A stretch of DNA of 20,000 nt from Zygnema circumcarinatum SAG 698-1b (GCA_037447605.1 JBBHKD010000029.1:1-20000), one strand, 5' to 3'; shown: positions 1 through 11,415, counted from the stretch's first letter. Notes: generated by a model from the letters alone, not told the origin. Program-made: numbers and translations.

Positions 1-518
1 CCAATGGCGGGAACCGCCCGCGTGTTCCTCTTTGACTCGGGCCAGGTGAGAGGTGGCCCTGCTTGTCTGAATGCTACGCCCGCGTTATTCGGCTTGCCAA
101 CAGCGCAGCCGTCTGTCGATGCCGCGGTCGAGAGCCTACAGCCTTGATCCGTGACGATCGCGCGTCCGTACCAGCGGGAAGCCGTTATTATGCAGACGAA
201 GCGGAAAAGATCAAAAAGGGGATCAGGGCCAGCGGCACGAATCAATCGCGAGCCGGATTGGTCCCGTGGTGCCAGATTGAGTAAAGGCAGTGATCCTCCT
301 CTCTGGCTGAGAGGAGGGACCTTAGCGTGGCGTGGGGCCATAGGGTATGTGGCAGCCCCACGGGTGAACCGATTCTTATGGTTCGAACCCGGGACTCGAT
401 AGATCACATAGGGTATCCGATGCCCTACTTAGTTAGATGCTGCATTGGATGGAAACATAAAACCACGCGGGGCTCTAAGTAACCCTTCCCCCCTTGGAAA
501 TTGGTAGCGTTCGCTACA
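1..518. mobile_element. Probable LTR terminus (ends ...TTCGCTACA), abutting a gypsy RT remnant
   Basis: Non-coding and GC-rich, ends in ACA at 518; gypsy RT similarity starts within ~10 bp; the other end is outside the window. Confidence 0.4.
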
Positions 519-527
519 TCCGAGCCT

Positions 528-1186
528 ATCGAGATCCAGCACGTCTGGTGATGTGCAGCGCGTTCGAGCAGCAGATTGGTCATTTCAATATAGGTGGCAT
601 TTGCCCACTGGATTGACTAATGCTCGTGACTTTCGGTATCATGAACAGAAGTGTTCATCGTGGATAAGATTTGCTGGTTTACCTCGATGATATCCTTGTC
701 TTCAGTAAGACGGAGGAGGAACATCTTGAACACGTTCGAAAAGTGTTTGAGACCCTAAGGAAACACCAATTTTATACCCGAGAGAAAGAAGTGTCACTTC
801 ATGCGGCGAGTTTAAACGCTTGCAGAGGTACATCTGAATGATCAAGACGCCGACGGACCACAGCAAAGTTCTGGTGAAACCTGAAGCGAAGCCGTGACTT
901 TTACATACGATTCGATCATTCTTAGGATTTTGCGAATTATTTTTCCCAAGTAAGTTCATCCAAGGGTTTAGTAAATTGGTTACTCCCTTGACTAATTTGT
1001 AGCGTTCAGTGTCCCACACTTTGCATAAGACCCACGGAATGTCAAAAGAAGCATTTGGTATCGCCATGCACTATTCGCAGCACCTACTCTCCGTTTAAGC
1101 GGGACCCATCGAAACCATATAAAGTGGTTTGTGATGCTTCCGGATTCGCCTTGGGTGCCGTCTTGTTTCAAGATGGCCAACCTTTG
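528..1186 (+). pseudogene. Decayed Ty3/gypsy RT-RNase H fragment
   Basis: Translatable remnants YLDDILVFSKTEEEHLEHVRKVF and PYKVVCDASGFALGAVLFQDGQPL; near-identical stretches to 16780-17433; many indels; truncated at 1186. Confidence 0.92.
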
Positions 1187-2139
1187 TGTTAGTAATTCCA
1201 TGGGTAGGGGCCTACCTCGAAGCAGTCGCCTCGCTCGGCTCTCTTGAGGTCGTATTGAACATCTTCGCGCGCGACGAGCGTTACGCCCGAAGGAAAGCTC
1301 AAGGCGGTCTGCCAGACAAGAGGCGTCAGATAGAAGCCCGCGGTGTAAAACTCGATTTTTCTTTGGGTGAGTACAGCGATTCAGCGGCCACTGGTACGCT
1401 TAATGCATTTGCACTACCCCGCCCTACTTATTTCCCAAGGTAGCTGACACTACTCCTCTTCTTAGCTACGGGAGGCTCGGCCTGCATTTCATACACACCC
1501 CATTGGCATGTATGGTATGAGGGTTATTTCTTCACGAGGAATGCTACTCTACATATCACTTCCTAGGCTAGCTTCACGTGGCAAATCACATTGGTGGCTG
1601 TCACGCGCCTGTGGTGCATGCGATCCAGCTGACGATTTTAGCGTTGGCAACCGGCTAAAATGCAGGGCCGGTCTCCTCCATGGATTGGCGGCGTCGAGGC
1701 GAGTCGGAAGTAGTGGAGTGTTCCGCCCGGCCGGTACTGGCGTTCGGCCGGCCGGCCTGCGTCTGCGGACCGGTCTCCCATGGATTGGCCGCGTCGAGCA
1801 GGTGAGGTAGTGGAGTGCATGTGCCCGTCACGGTTCACGAACTTAGCGGCTGTGGCGCCCTCGGCGTCGTACATCTCAGGGACTTCCAGCGTCCTGCCTT
1901 CTTGTATATGGCGCTTCGCGTCTGTCGCGATAGAAAAGTGTCGTCCGGCGACATATCGTCGCGTCGCCGGGAAGCGCCCGATACTCCATTTCGTCATGTC
2001 GATCCCCGGAACTATCGCGTCACATTGGTCGCGCGGTAGGTGACCCGTGCTAATAAGCTTCATGTTAGCGTCCTGAGTTCAATTTATCCGGTAGAGACTA
2101 TCGCCCAAGCGTTATGCGACCTCTGGTCCGTCCACAACA
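1187..2139 (-). repeat. Copia 3' LTR (~953 bp, TGTTG...TAACA on minus strand)
   Basis: TGTT/AACA termini; the right end abuts the PPT; the left end coincides exactly with loss of gypsy homology (CCTTTG|TGTTAG versus CCTTTG|GCGTAT at ~17433). Confidence 0.85.
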
Positions 2140-2150
2140 TTCCCCTCGGT
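2140..2150 (-). other. Polypurine tract of the copia element
   Basis: Minus strand reads ...CCGAGGGGAA immediately before TGTTG. Confidence 0.75.
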
Positions 2151-2189
2151 CCTAGGCTCTAAAGGGACCCGAGATTCGGAGGCGATGTT

Positions 2190-3490
2190 CCCTCCATGGG
2201 GTGGTCAGTTGACCCCTTGGTCTCCAACATATACAGGCCATATCTTTTGGTCTTCACAAAAAGGAACCGCGCGATCTCGCCGCCTCCACTAGATCTAAGC
2301 GTATAGTGGTCTTTGGATCTTAATATGTTTGCTTAGCACATGAAATCGCGGATTCTCCATAGATCATGGCGTGGAGGATTTTGTTGTCGGGTCGGGGATA
2401 TGCAGGGAATGCATTGATTAACCACATTCCTGCGAAGAATAGTGCCCGGCCAGACCGCCTCTGCAGCGTACGTGACATCGCGGCCACGTATTACTGCCGG
2501 TACTTCGGCAGAGCCGTATCTGTAATTTTGAACCGAGATGACTCCTCCCGCGTTCAGATACGCGTATCCTGAAGTGGACTTTGCCGTATCTGGATCTCCT
2601 CCCCAATCTGCATCCGTGTATCCGAACACGGAACTGCCGCGCCCCCTCTCGAACCGTAGTCCATAATGGGACGTCCCTTTTAGATATCGAAAGATTCTCT
2701 TGACTGCCTCCCAATGCTTAGCCCCTGGATTCTCCATGTACACGGAAATTAATGCCTGTTGCTTTCGCCCGGATCAGGGCGCGTTCCACCATATAGATTG
2801 CATTAAGAACTGTAGATGGCGGACACGCGCAATTACTACCGCCCATCTCAGCGCCTCCGCCTCGAGTGAGGGCTCATGTCCGGTGAGCTCAGCAGTCCAT
2901 GGGGTGGGCATGGTGAACATTTGTCCATGTTGAACCGCGAGACTTCCGCTGGCGTACTTCTCTAGCCCGAGGAACAAGCTTGATCTCTCCCCCTCTTAAA
3001 GGCCCGGATGCGAAGATATTCAGCGGTAGAGATCGACATCTGAATTACGCTTTAGAAGGTCGAGACCACAGAGGCCGCTCTTCATGGAGGGAACTCACAA
3101 TGATGAGGGAGTCATCTACGTGAATATCTGAACATGCAATGCGTCTCCCTCCCCTTGCGTGTACACCGAGTGGTCGGCGTTGAAGCGCGTGAAGCCATTC
3201 TTGATGAGCAGTTCGTGGATTTTCTGGTACCAAATTCTCGGCGCTTGTTTCAGCCCGTATAGGCTCTTGACAAGTCTGCCCGAGGGCGAGGTGCTTTCTG
3301 CTCACAGTTCAAGCGTTCCCCTCCGGGTTCTTTGCATGCTGTAGATCTCCTCCTGAGATCTCCATAAAAGAAATGCGTTTTGATGTCCAATTTGGTGGGC
3401 GTGCGTATAGATGCGCATGATCGCGAAATCAATCTTGGCCATACTTGATGAGTTGAACAACTTCTGAGGTCGCGAAAGGTTTGAGAATAA
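2190..3490 (-). pseudogene. Copia RT (RVT_2) core and RNase H, frameshifted
   Basis: Remnants LDIKT, SLYGLKQAPR, HVDD (YVDD position), HWEAVKRIFRYLKGT, GYTDADWGGDPDTAKSTSGY and ENPRFH..SKHI. Confidence 0.92.
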
Positions 3491-4492
3491 TCAATTCAAT
3501 TCTGGCGCAAAACCTTTCGCCACTAGCCGTGCCTTGAACCTATCTACACTCCCATCTGATTTCCGTTTGACTTTAAACACCCACTTGCAGCCGATTGCCT
3601 TGCGTCCTGGGGGCAGCTTCTCTAGCCGCCATGTCCCATTCTCCTTAAGACTATTCAGCTCGCTATCTATGGCGACTCTCCACTTCGCTGCGTCCGCTCC
3701 ATCCAATGCGTCGGAATAGGTAGGCGGCTCCTCGAAATGTGCCATAAGGCAAAGTGCCATTCCTGTGAAGTCGGCTGAGTCAAGGGGTACCTTTTCTGGG
3801 TTACCCCTCGGCCTCTTCCCCCTCTGAGTCCATGGGTTCCTTGGACCGAAGTCCCCGTATTTTTCAGGCTTGTTCCTGGGCCTCCAAGGTGGTTTATTCC
3901 CGTAGAAGGGTGTAAACCCCTTCGCGTTGGCGTATAGGGGTGGGTCCATCCCATGCCGCGGTACCCATTTGGGTTGTACCTGCGCAGTAGGGAGCTCCTC
4001 CGCTTCATCTTGAGTGATGTCTTGATCGTTGTCAATATCGGACAGGTTGTCATCGGGCTGTTCCTCCGGGAATGCCGATTCAGGCGCTTCCTCCTGAAGG
4101 GCCTCTTCTCCACGTTGCGGCGACACCGAGCGCCGAGGTGGGTTCTGATCCGTTGGGCCGAAGGGGAAGGACGCTGGTGGGGGCAGATCCTCACCTCCCA
4201 GAATATCCCTCACTGGGAGAAATTCTATGGTCGGGAGCGGCTCCACTCGAGTCCGCGCGTGCTGCGTCTCCTTGCGGTTTTCCTCAACGGTAAGGTCGCG
4301 ACTGGTCAGGACCTTCTCTGTGGACGGATTCCATATGCGATAAGTCAAACTGTCGGCGTTGTAGCCAAGGAAGTAGCCGAATTCTCCTCTCAGACTGAAC
4401 TTCGTCGTCTGCTTGCTCCTGGGAATCGCTAGCCAGCATGGCGAGCCGAATACTCGTAAGTGCTGAATTGTGGGCTTTCTCCCACTCCACAT
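3491..4492 (-). CDS. Copia pol segment: integrase C-terminal SH3-like region, linker, RT N-terminus
   Basis: 333-aa ORF with HLRVFGS..FLGY..YRIWNP and ELNSLKENGTW..KWVFKVK..RFKARLVAKGF. Confidence 0.93.
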   Translation of the reverse strand: MWSGRKPTIQHLRVFGSPCWLAIPRSKQTTKFSLRGEFGYFLGYNADSLTYRIWNPSTEKVLTSRDLTVEENRKETQHARTRVEPLPTIEFLPVRDILGGEDLPPPASFPFGPTDQNPPRRSVSPQRGEEALQEEAPESAFPEEQPDDNLSDIDNDQDITQDEAEELPTAQVQPKWVPRHGMDPPLYANAKGFTPFYGNKPPWRPRNKPEKYGDFGPRNPWTQRGKRPRGNPEKVPLDSADFTGMALCLMAHFEEPPTYSDALDGADAAKWRVAIDSELNSLKENGTWRLEKLPPGRKAIGCKWVFKVKRKSDGSVDRFKARLVAKGFAPELN

Positions 4493-4533
4493 CTCCTCCG
4501 GTACTTTCTTGTGATCCTTCAGGNNNNNNNNNN

Positions 4534-5014
4534 CTGTGGGCTGTACGGGGCCGTGAACTCGTGTCGGATCCCAAGGGACTTGAGATATTCAGAGAATTGG
4601 AGGGATTTATATTCTCCCCCATTATCCGTCCGGAATCTCTGAATCCTCTCGCCGGACTGCCTTTCTACCTCGATCTGCCAAGTACGAAAGGTGTTGAATG
4701 CCTCGCTCTTGTGCTTCAATAGCGCAACCCAGATCTTCCTTGAGTAGTCATCAAGGAATGTGATGAAGTACCTCGATCCTCCCTTAAGTCTGCAGGGTAT
4801 TCGGTCCACGGATGTCCATTTGTGAGCGAGCTCGACCTAAGGTGTTGCGGCGGAGCGTCTCCAGCCAGGTGAATTCAAATGAAGGGGTAGCGATGGGTCT
4901 TACGCCTTGATCGGCCGAGACTTCTCCACGTTTTCGAGGCGTCGTGAGGGAAAACCTGGGGCCGAGGCTACGAGTAAGGTCTCAGTTAGCCGGCACGGCC
5001 GGGTGCCCAAGTCG
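4534..5014 (-). pseudogene. Copia integrase core (rve) plus degenerate zinc-finger region
   Basis: YFITFLDDYSRKIWV, RTDNGGEY and TAPYSPQ; remnants RLGHP (5000-5014) and KTHRYPF (4881-4904); the gap at 4524-4533 hides the rest of the core. Confidence 0.9.
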
Positions 5015-5552
5015 GCCGATTCCGCGGTCGAGAATTTGAATCGGAGGCAGCGTGTATGCGGTTTCGAGTCCCCATTGAATCGCGGCTCCTTACTGCTTTT
5101 TGGTAGAATTTGTAGCGCCGCCCGGAGCATGAGCTTATTCGTCCATTGTCCGCGTCCGCGGCGTAAAGGTCGCGGTAGAGCCAAAATTAAGGGCCCAGGA
5201 CTTAGCCCGTCTTGGCGTATCTTGTCCATTATGGATTAGCGGGTGTTCTCGTCACTCACTTTGTCGGTGACGCTCGTGGTTTCGATTTCGCAAGTTCCCG
5301 TCGGAACTTCCCTCGCTCGTCGAAAATGGCCGCTCCCGTCGTCTTTGTGGGCTGGCCCATGGTGTGGTACGCTGCGTGAGTCTGCGGTTGGAACTTCGCC
5401 ATTGTCGCTGATGGCTCCAGGGCGGAGTTCGCGGTCGATCCCTACTTCCTTGATTTTTTAGAGCCGTTCACACCAGAGTTTGAGGTTAGTCTTCCTCCGA
5501 GTGACCGCAAGACTCGGCAACTAAGCGCCGCTTCGGCTTTCGCTTGGATCGA

Positions 5553-6020
5553 CTAATTCCGTTTTACGGTTTGATCTAGGTAGTAGAGCCCTCCCCGCTG
5601 GGTCCCTCGACACAGGATTTTTCTGGTTTTTCTATGCACTATTTTGCAGGTATTCTGCCTAAATATCCCCTCATATCCGCTCCCGCAGATCTGACTAACC
5701 GAAAAGAAGTTATTTCTAAGGGTTGGGGTGTGCAACACGCTACCAATCCTGATTTGGGAAGCTGTTCCTTCACCGCATGGTGACAGCTGGACTACTCCTC
5801 CTTGTGTAACAGCGATCTGGTCTCCCGTGGCTGACGTCACCGCTCGTGACTCATCCAGCATCTGCATGTGAGAAAATAGAGACTTGTCGCTGCACATGTG
5901 CTTAGAAGCACCTGAGTCTATAAGCCACGGCAGATAATCAGAATAGTCAATTTCATTAACTGAAATTTGATTTACAAATGCTGCGTGCTTTGCTTCACTA
6001 GCCGACAGACTCGCGCTCAT
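5553..6020 (-). CDS. Copia aspartic protease and start of the GAG-pre-integrase region
   Basis: WLIDSGASKHMC, NFFSVSQI and GLYYL motifs. Confidence 0.92.
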   Translation of the reverse strand: MSASLSASEAKHAAFVNQISVNEIDYSDYLPWLIDSGASKHMCSDKSLFSHMQMLDESRAVTSATGDQIAVTQGGVVQLSPCGEGTASQIRIGSVLHTPTLRNNFFSVSQICGSGYEGIFRQNTCKIVHRKTRKILCRGTQRGGLYYLDQTVKRN

Positions 6021-6043
6021 CTGGGCGGCTACANNNNNNNNNN

Positions 6044-7553
6044 GAGCGCGCGGTCACCGCGGTGCCGATTGCCACGTAGATGCCACAGTGGCGCCACGTA
6101 TGCCACGTCGATTCCACACGTGTGCATGTATATCCACGTTGGCGCCACGTCATTTAAAACCACTAAAATTGAACTTCGAGTGTGCTCGCCGTCGCTTGCC
6201 CACCGCCCATTGAAATTGAACATCGTGTCCTGGTACCGGTAGGTCTAGAGTTCGATCTCTACTGGAGGTGCATCGGGTCCTTACGCCCGGCCGCCGCCGC
6301 TTGCCTACGGCCCATTGAATTTGAACATCATGTCCTTGTACCAGGAGGTCTAGAGTTTGATCTTTGCTGGAGGCGTGTTTGCTACACAGCCCGAGCGAGC
6401 GAGGGAGGCCTTGCTTGCTTGCGCAGAGCGGTGTGTGGCGGCCACGCCCCCCCCCTTTACGCATTACCACCGCATGTGCTGCAGGTACGCCTCTATCCAT
6501 CTTTTTGCATTCTGCTTTCAACATTCTGCCTTCTGCATTCTGCATTCTGCATCTTTTTTTCTATCCATCCATTTATGCAGCGTGGTTTACTTACCTCTTT
6601 CTTTTATTGTAGAAATGGATCCAAGAATTCCTCATCTCTATCCTCATCATCTAGGGTTGAGTCCAGAAGACGAAGCGTAGAGCGTATTTGATGATGCCTC
6701 TTATCTAGTGAAGAAGAATAGATGTATTATAGGAGATGAAGAGCTTGAAAGGACAATATTTGCAGCGGAAACGACAATCGAAGATGAAGAGGAACAAAGA
6801 CGCGACATGCCTATAAAGCCAAGGTATGCTTTTGGCTTTCTACTTTTTGCTTTTGCTTTCTGCATTCTGCATTCTGCTTTTTGCATTCTGCATTCTGCAT
6901 TCTGCATTTAGCATTTCAGCATTCAGCATTCAGCATTCAGCATTCAGCATTCAGCATTCAGCATTCTGCATTCTGCATTCTGCATTCTGCATTCTGCATT
7001 CTGTATTCTGCATTCTGCTTTCTGCTTTCTGCATTTTGCATTTTGCATTCTGCTTTCTGCATTCTGCATTTTGCATTCTGCATTCTGCTTTCTGCTTTCT
7101 GCATTCTGCATTCTGTATTCTGCATTTTGCATTCTGTATTCTGCATTCTGCATTCTGCATTCTGCATTCTGCAATCTGTATTCTGCAGTCTGCATTCTGC
7201 ATTCTGCATTTTACATTTTGCATTCTGCATTCGACATTCTGCATTCTGCTTTCTGCTTTCTGCATTCTGCATTTTGCATTTTGCATTCTGCTTTCTGCTT
7301 TCTGCTTTCTGCATTCTGCATTCTGCATTCTGCATTTTGCATTCAGCATTCAGCATTCAGCTTTCAACATTCAGCCTTCAACATTCAGCTTTCAGCATTC
7401 AGCATTCAGCATTCAGCAGTCTGCATTCTGCATTCTGCATTTTACATTTTGCATTCTACATTCTGCATCCTGCATTCTCCTTTCTACTTTCTGCTTTTTG
7501 CATTCTGCATTCTGCATTTTGCATTCTGCATTCTGCATTCTGTATTCTGCATT
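6044..7553 (+). repeat. Copy 1 of a ~1.62-kb tandem duplication (5' end of the Crypton-like gene plus satellite)
   Basis: Near-identical to ~7666-8785 at offset 1621 in the unique part; bounded by N gaps on both sides. Confidence 0.92.
6850..7553 (+). repeat. Heptamer satellite (TTCTGCA)n, array 1
   Basis: About 100 units with TTCAGCA/TTTTGCA/TTCTGCT/TTCTGTA variants; runs into an N gap. Confidence 0.97.
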
Positions 7554-8469
7554 NNNNNNNNNNNNNNNNNNNNNNNNNNNNNNNNAGCTCCCCGCCCCCC
7601 GGCCACCCACCCGCCCTACAGCGTCCTCCCAGGTACGGCGCAGCGCCCGAGCGGGCGACGCCGGCCGAGCGCGCGGTCACCGCGGTGCCGATTGCCACGT
7701 AGATGCCACAGTGGCGCCACGTATGCCACGTCGATTCCACGTGTGCATGTATATCCACGTTGGCGCCACGTCATTTAAAACCACTAAAATTGAACTTCGA
7801 GTGTGCTCGCCGTCGCTTGCCCACCGCCCATTGAAATTGAACATCGTGTCCTGGTACCGGTAGGTCTAGAGTTCGATCTCTACTGGAGGTGCATCGGGTC
7901 CTTACGCCCGGCCGCCGCCGCTTGCCTACGGCCCATTGAATTTGAACATCATGTCCTTGTACCAGGAGGTCTAGAGTTTGATCTTTGCTGGAGGCGTGTT
8001 TGCTACACAGCCCGAGCGAGCGAGGGAGGCCTTGCTTGCTTGCGCAGAGCGGTGTGTGGCGGCCACGCCCCCCCCCTTTACGCATTACCACCGCATGTGC
8101 TGCAGGTACGCCTCTATCCATCTTTTTGCATTCTGCTTTCAACATTCTGCCTTCTGCATTCTGCATTCTGCATCTTTTTTTCTATCCATCCATTTATGCA
8201 GCGTGGTTTACTTACCTCTTTCTTTTATTGTAGAAATGGATCCAAGAATTCCTCATCTCTATCCTCATCATCTAGGGTTGAGTCCAGAAGACGAAGCGTA
8301 GAGCGTATTTGATGATGCCTCTTATCTAGTGAAGAAGAATAGATGTATTATAGGAGATGAAGAGCTTGAAAGGACAATATTTGCAGCGGAAACGACAATC
8401 GAAGATGAAGAGGAACAAAGACGCGACATGCCTATAAAGCCAAGGTATGCTTTTGGCTTTCTACTTTTT

Positions 8470-9410
8470 GCTTTTGCTTTCTGCATTCTGCATTCTGCTT
8501 TTTGCATTCTGCATTCTGCATTCTGCATTTAGCATTTCAGCATTCAGCATTCAGCATTCAGCATTCAGCATTCAGCATTCAGCATTCTGCATTCTGCATT
8601 CTGCATTCCATTCTGCATTCTGCATTCTGTATTCTGCATTCTGCTTTCTGCTTTCTGCATTTTGCATTTTGCATTCTGCTTTCTGCATTCTACATTCTGC
8701 ATCCTGCATTCTCCTTTCTACTTTCTGCTTTTTGCATTCTGCATTCTGCATTTTGCATTCTGCATTCTGCATTCTGTATTCTGCATTCTGCTTTCTGCAT
8801 TCTACATTCTGCATTCTGCATTTTGCATTTTGCATTCTGCATTCTGCATTTTGCATTCTGCATTCTGCATTCTGTATTCTGCATTTTGCATTCTGCATTC
8901 TGCATTCTGCATTCTGCATTCTGCATTCTGCATTCTGCATTCTGCATTCTGCATTCTGCATTTTGCATTTTGCATTCTGCATTCTGCATTTTGCATTCTG
9001 CATTCTGCATTCTGCATTCTGCATTCTGCATTTTGCATACTGCATTCTGCATTCTGCATTCTGCATTCTGCATTCTGCATTCTGCATTCTGCATTCTGCA
9101 TTTTGCATTCTGCATTCTGCATTTTGCATTCTGCATTCTGCATTGAGCATTGAGCATTGAGCATTGAGCATTCTGCATTCTGCATTCTGCATTCTACATT
9201 CTGCATTTTGCATTCTGTATTCTGCATTCTGCATCCTGCATTCAGCATTCTGAATTCTGCATTTTGCATTCTGCATTCTGCAATCTGCATTCTGTATTCT
9301 GCAATCTGCATTCTGCATCCTGCATTCAGCATTCAGCATTCTGCATTTTGCATTCAGCATTCAGCATTCTGCATTCTGTATTCTGCATTCTGCATTCTGC
9401 ATTCTGTATT
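8470..9410 (+). repeat. Heptamer satellite (TTCTGCA)n, array 2
   Basis: About 130 units; variant blocks GCATTCA (~8531-8586, ~9330-9370) and GCATTGA (~9146-9170). Confidence 0.97.
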
Positions 9411-10810
9411 ACGTGCGTGCGCATTTTACATTTTACGTGCATTACGGATTACGCGTGCGGATTACGCATTATTTGATCGGCATTCTGCGTGCATCACGCG
9501 ATGCGTGCATTACAGATACGCATTACGTATTCTACATTCCTACATTCATTTTGACTTTACGCTTTTTCTTTGAGTATACATTTATGTCATTTCTTTTGAA
9601 GAGTATTGAATTAAGGGTTTCTTTCCTTTTTTGTGCGAGGGCAGCTACTGACTCAAAGCCAATTATTAGTTTAGGGTGAGAAGTTCGCCCAAAAATCTAC
9701 AAAGCGTCATGCATGCAATAATAAAACAATTTGTTGCTAAGTGTACGAAGCTTGAGAGAGGGTTGGAGGCGAGTTCGCGTGAGAGAAAAAATTAGCGGCA
9801 TTTTTTTGTTTTTGGAGATTGAAACTATTAGCACTATGAATGCAAGTCCTTTAACAACAACTTTGTCTAATAGTATTTTTCATTCTGACATGCAAAAACT
9901 GTGAAATTTTTATAACAACGTGATCGTATATCTTTGGGTGTAAAGAGTAGTGAAAACTTATGAAGTCAAGTATATAGTGGAGATCATGGCCCGCTCTACG
10001 ATGAAAGAGCGACTTGACAAGTTATCTTTTACGCTTTTCTAACTACTGCGTTCACGTATTACGCGTTGTAGATTCGGCAATCATGCAATTCACGTATTTT
10101 GCATTATGTATTAGCATTATAGATTCTGCATTCTAAATTCGGCATTCAGCGTGCATTCATGTTAAATTCTGCATTCATTCCGGCATTCAGCCATTCAGCT
10201 GTCCAGCGTGCGTGCAACGTTACCGCGTGCGTGCGTGCAATATTTCGTGCATTCTGCATTAGCATTTCATTCTGCATTACCAACTTTGTTGTTCTTCTTC
10301 TCTCTTTCCTGCTGGCGCACGTCTCTCTCTCTCCCTCCTTCTTTCTCCCACGCTTCCTCCTCCTACTCTAAATGTCTTTAGCAGATTTCTTGTGTCTGGA
10401 TGTTCATTGATCCTAAGCGAGGTACATTAGGATAAGCCCAGCATTTTGAGACTTTCAAAAAGTTGTTAAGTATATGGGGTCATTAACAACGAAACATATT
10501 TAAAGTATGGTAGTATGGTAAAATTTCTGTGAAAGCTGATGATGCTTGAGAGATGACCAAAGATCCGATTAGGTTAGTGTTCGATCTATTTATTGATGAT
10601 ATGGTTCTAGCGACTATTGTGTCCCGAATGTCTTTGTCCCCAGGTGTGGTGTCGCGTGGAAAAGAACTACCGGGAGGAGCGGTCGATATGGAAACTCGCT
10701 TTGGGCATTGAGATCCGGGTACGCGGTCGTGGATGGATATCAAGATATTTGTTCCACAGGTTCATTGTATCAGAAGAACCTCCTCCAGATCTTTGGAGCA
10801 ACTACCTTTG

Positions 10811-10911
10811 GTGAGTCTAAACTTATCCAATCAACTATTATTTGTGTATTTTGTTTATATTTTTGCACAAATGTACTGTTTTTATTGACACGTTTGTTTG
10901 TTGTTTTGCAG
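10811..10911 (+). other. Spliceosomal intron (101 bp, GTGAGT...TTGCAG)
   Basis: Canonical borders and a T-rich interior; splicing joins TG|G to give W-Y-K-S-L-L-F-P in frame. Confidence 0.8.
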
Positions 10912-10983
10912 GTACAAATCCTTATTGTTTCCATCCAAAGACTCCACTGAGGTTGAAATGTGTCGTGAAGCGCAATCAGTTAA

Positions 10984-11210
10984 GTAGAAAAAATCATTGA
11001 GCACTTAGATCTCCGTTGTTCAGGCACCTTGCACATATTCCGTGGCGCGGCAGCAAGGGAATGTTTCGCGCACTCTTGTGGGTTTGATCAAATCCAGGTG
11101 GCAGGGAGGTGGGGCCAAGCTTCAAATAAATCCCTTGCAATCAATTACCTTCCTTCGATTGTCCCTCCCGTCTGTAGGGTGCTTGCAGGATTCAAAAAGG
11201 AAGGCGATGA
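10984..11210 (+). CDS. Tyrosine recombinase catalytic C-terminal boxes: HxxR 11032-11043, W 11110-11112, nucleophile Y 11146-11148
   Basis: VEKIIEHLDLRCSGTLHIFRGAAARECFAHSCGFDQIQVAGRWGQASNKSLAINYLPSIVPPVCRVLAGF. Confidence 0.88.
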
Positions 11211-11415
11211 NNNNNNNNNNGAGATTGAGAGGAGGGGAAAGGGTTAACGTTATGTGTTTTTATGTGTAGGTTACTCGTGGAGTGCCTTTTAAGTCCCGGA
11301 ATCGTTCAGCAGGAGGCTTTGTGGACATGCTGCGTTATTTTGCATGTGTTTTATTCCACGATGCATCGTTCGCTCCACAAATTCCACTGTTCGCGAATCA
11401 TCCATTCTTCCAATG

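Larger units (their letters stand above)
1187..6033 (-). mobile_element. Ty1/copia LTR retrotransposon (3' LTR + pol; gag and 5' LTR not seen, interrupted at N gap)
   Basis: Minus-strand domain order PR-INT-RT-RH, followed by a PPT and a TG...CA LTR. Confidence 0.95.

Noticed and set aside
4524-4533. 10-N gaps taken as true 10-bp gaps
   Set aside because: The missing integrase segment here, and the PR-RT linker at 16556, are much longer; the gap sizes are placeholders
4843-4860. TGTTG as the start of a nested LTR
   Set aside because: The adjacent minus-strand sequence still encodes integrase zinc-finger remnants, and no matching AACA end or TSD was found
6826-9573. Long ORFs of FCILHSA or MQNAECR repeats
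   Set aside because: A stop-free 7-bp satellite reads open in all frames; the region is intronic in the gene model
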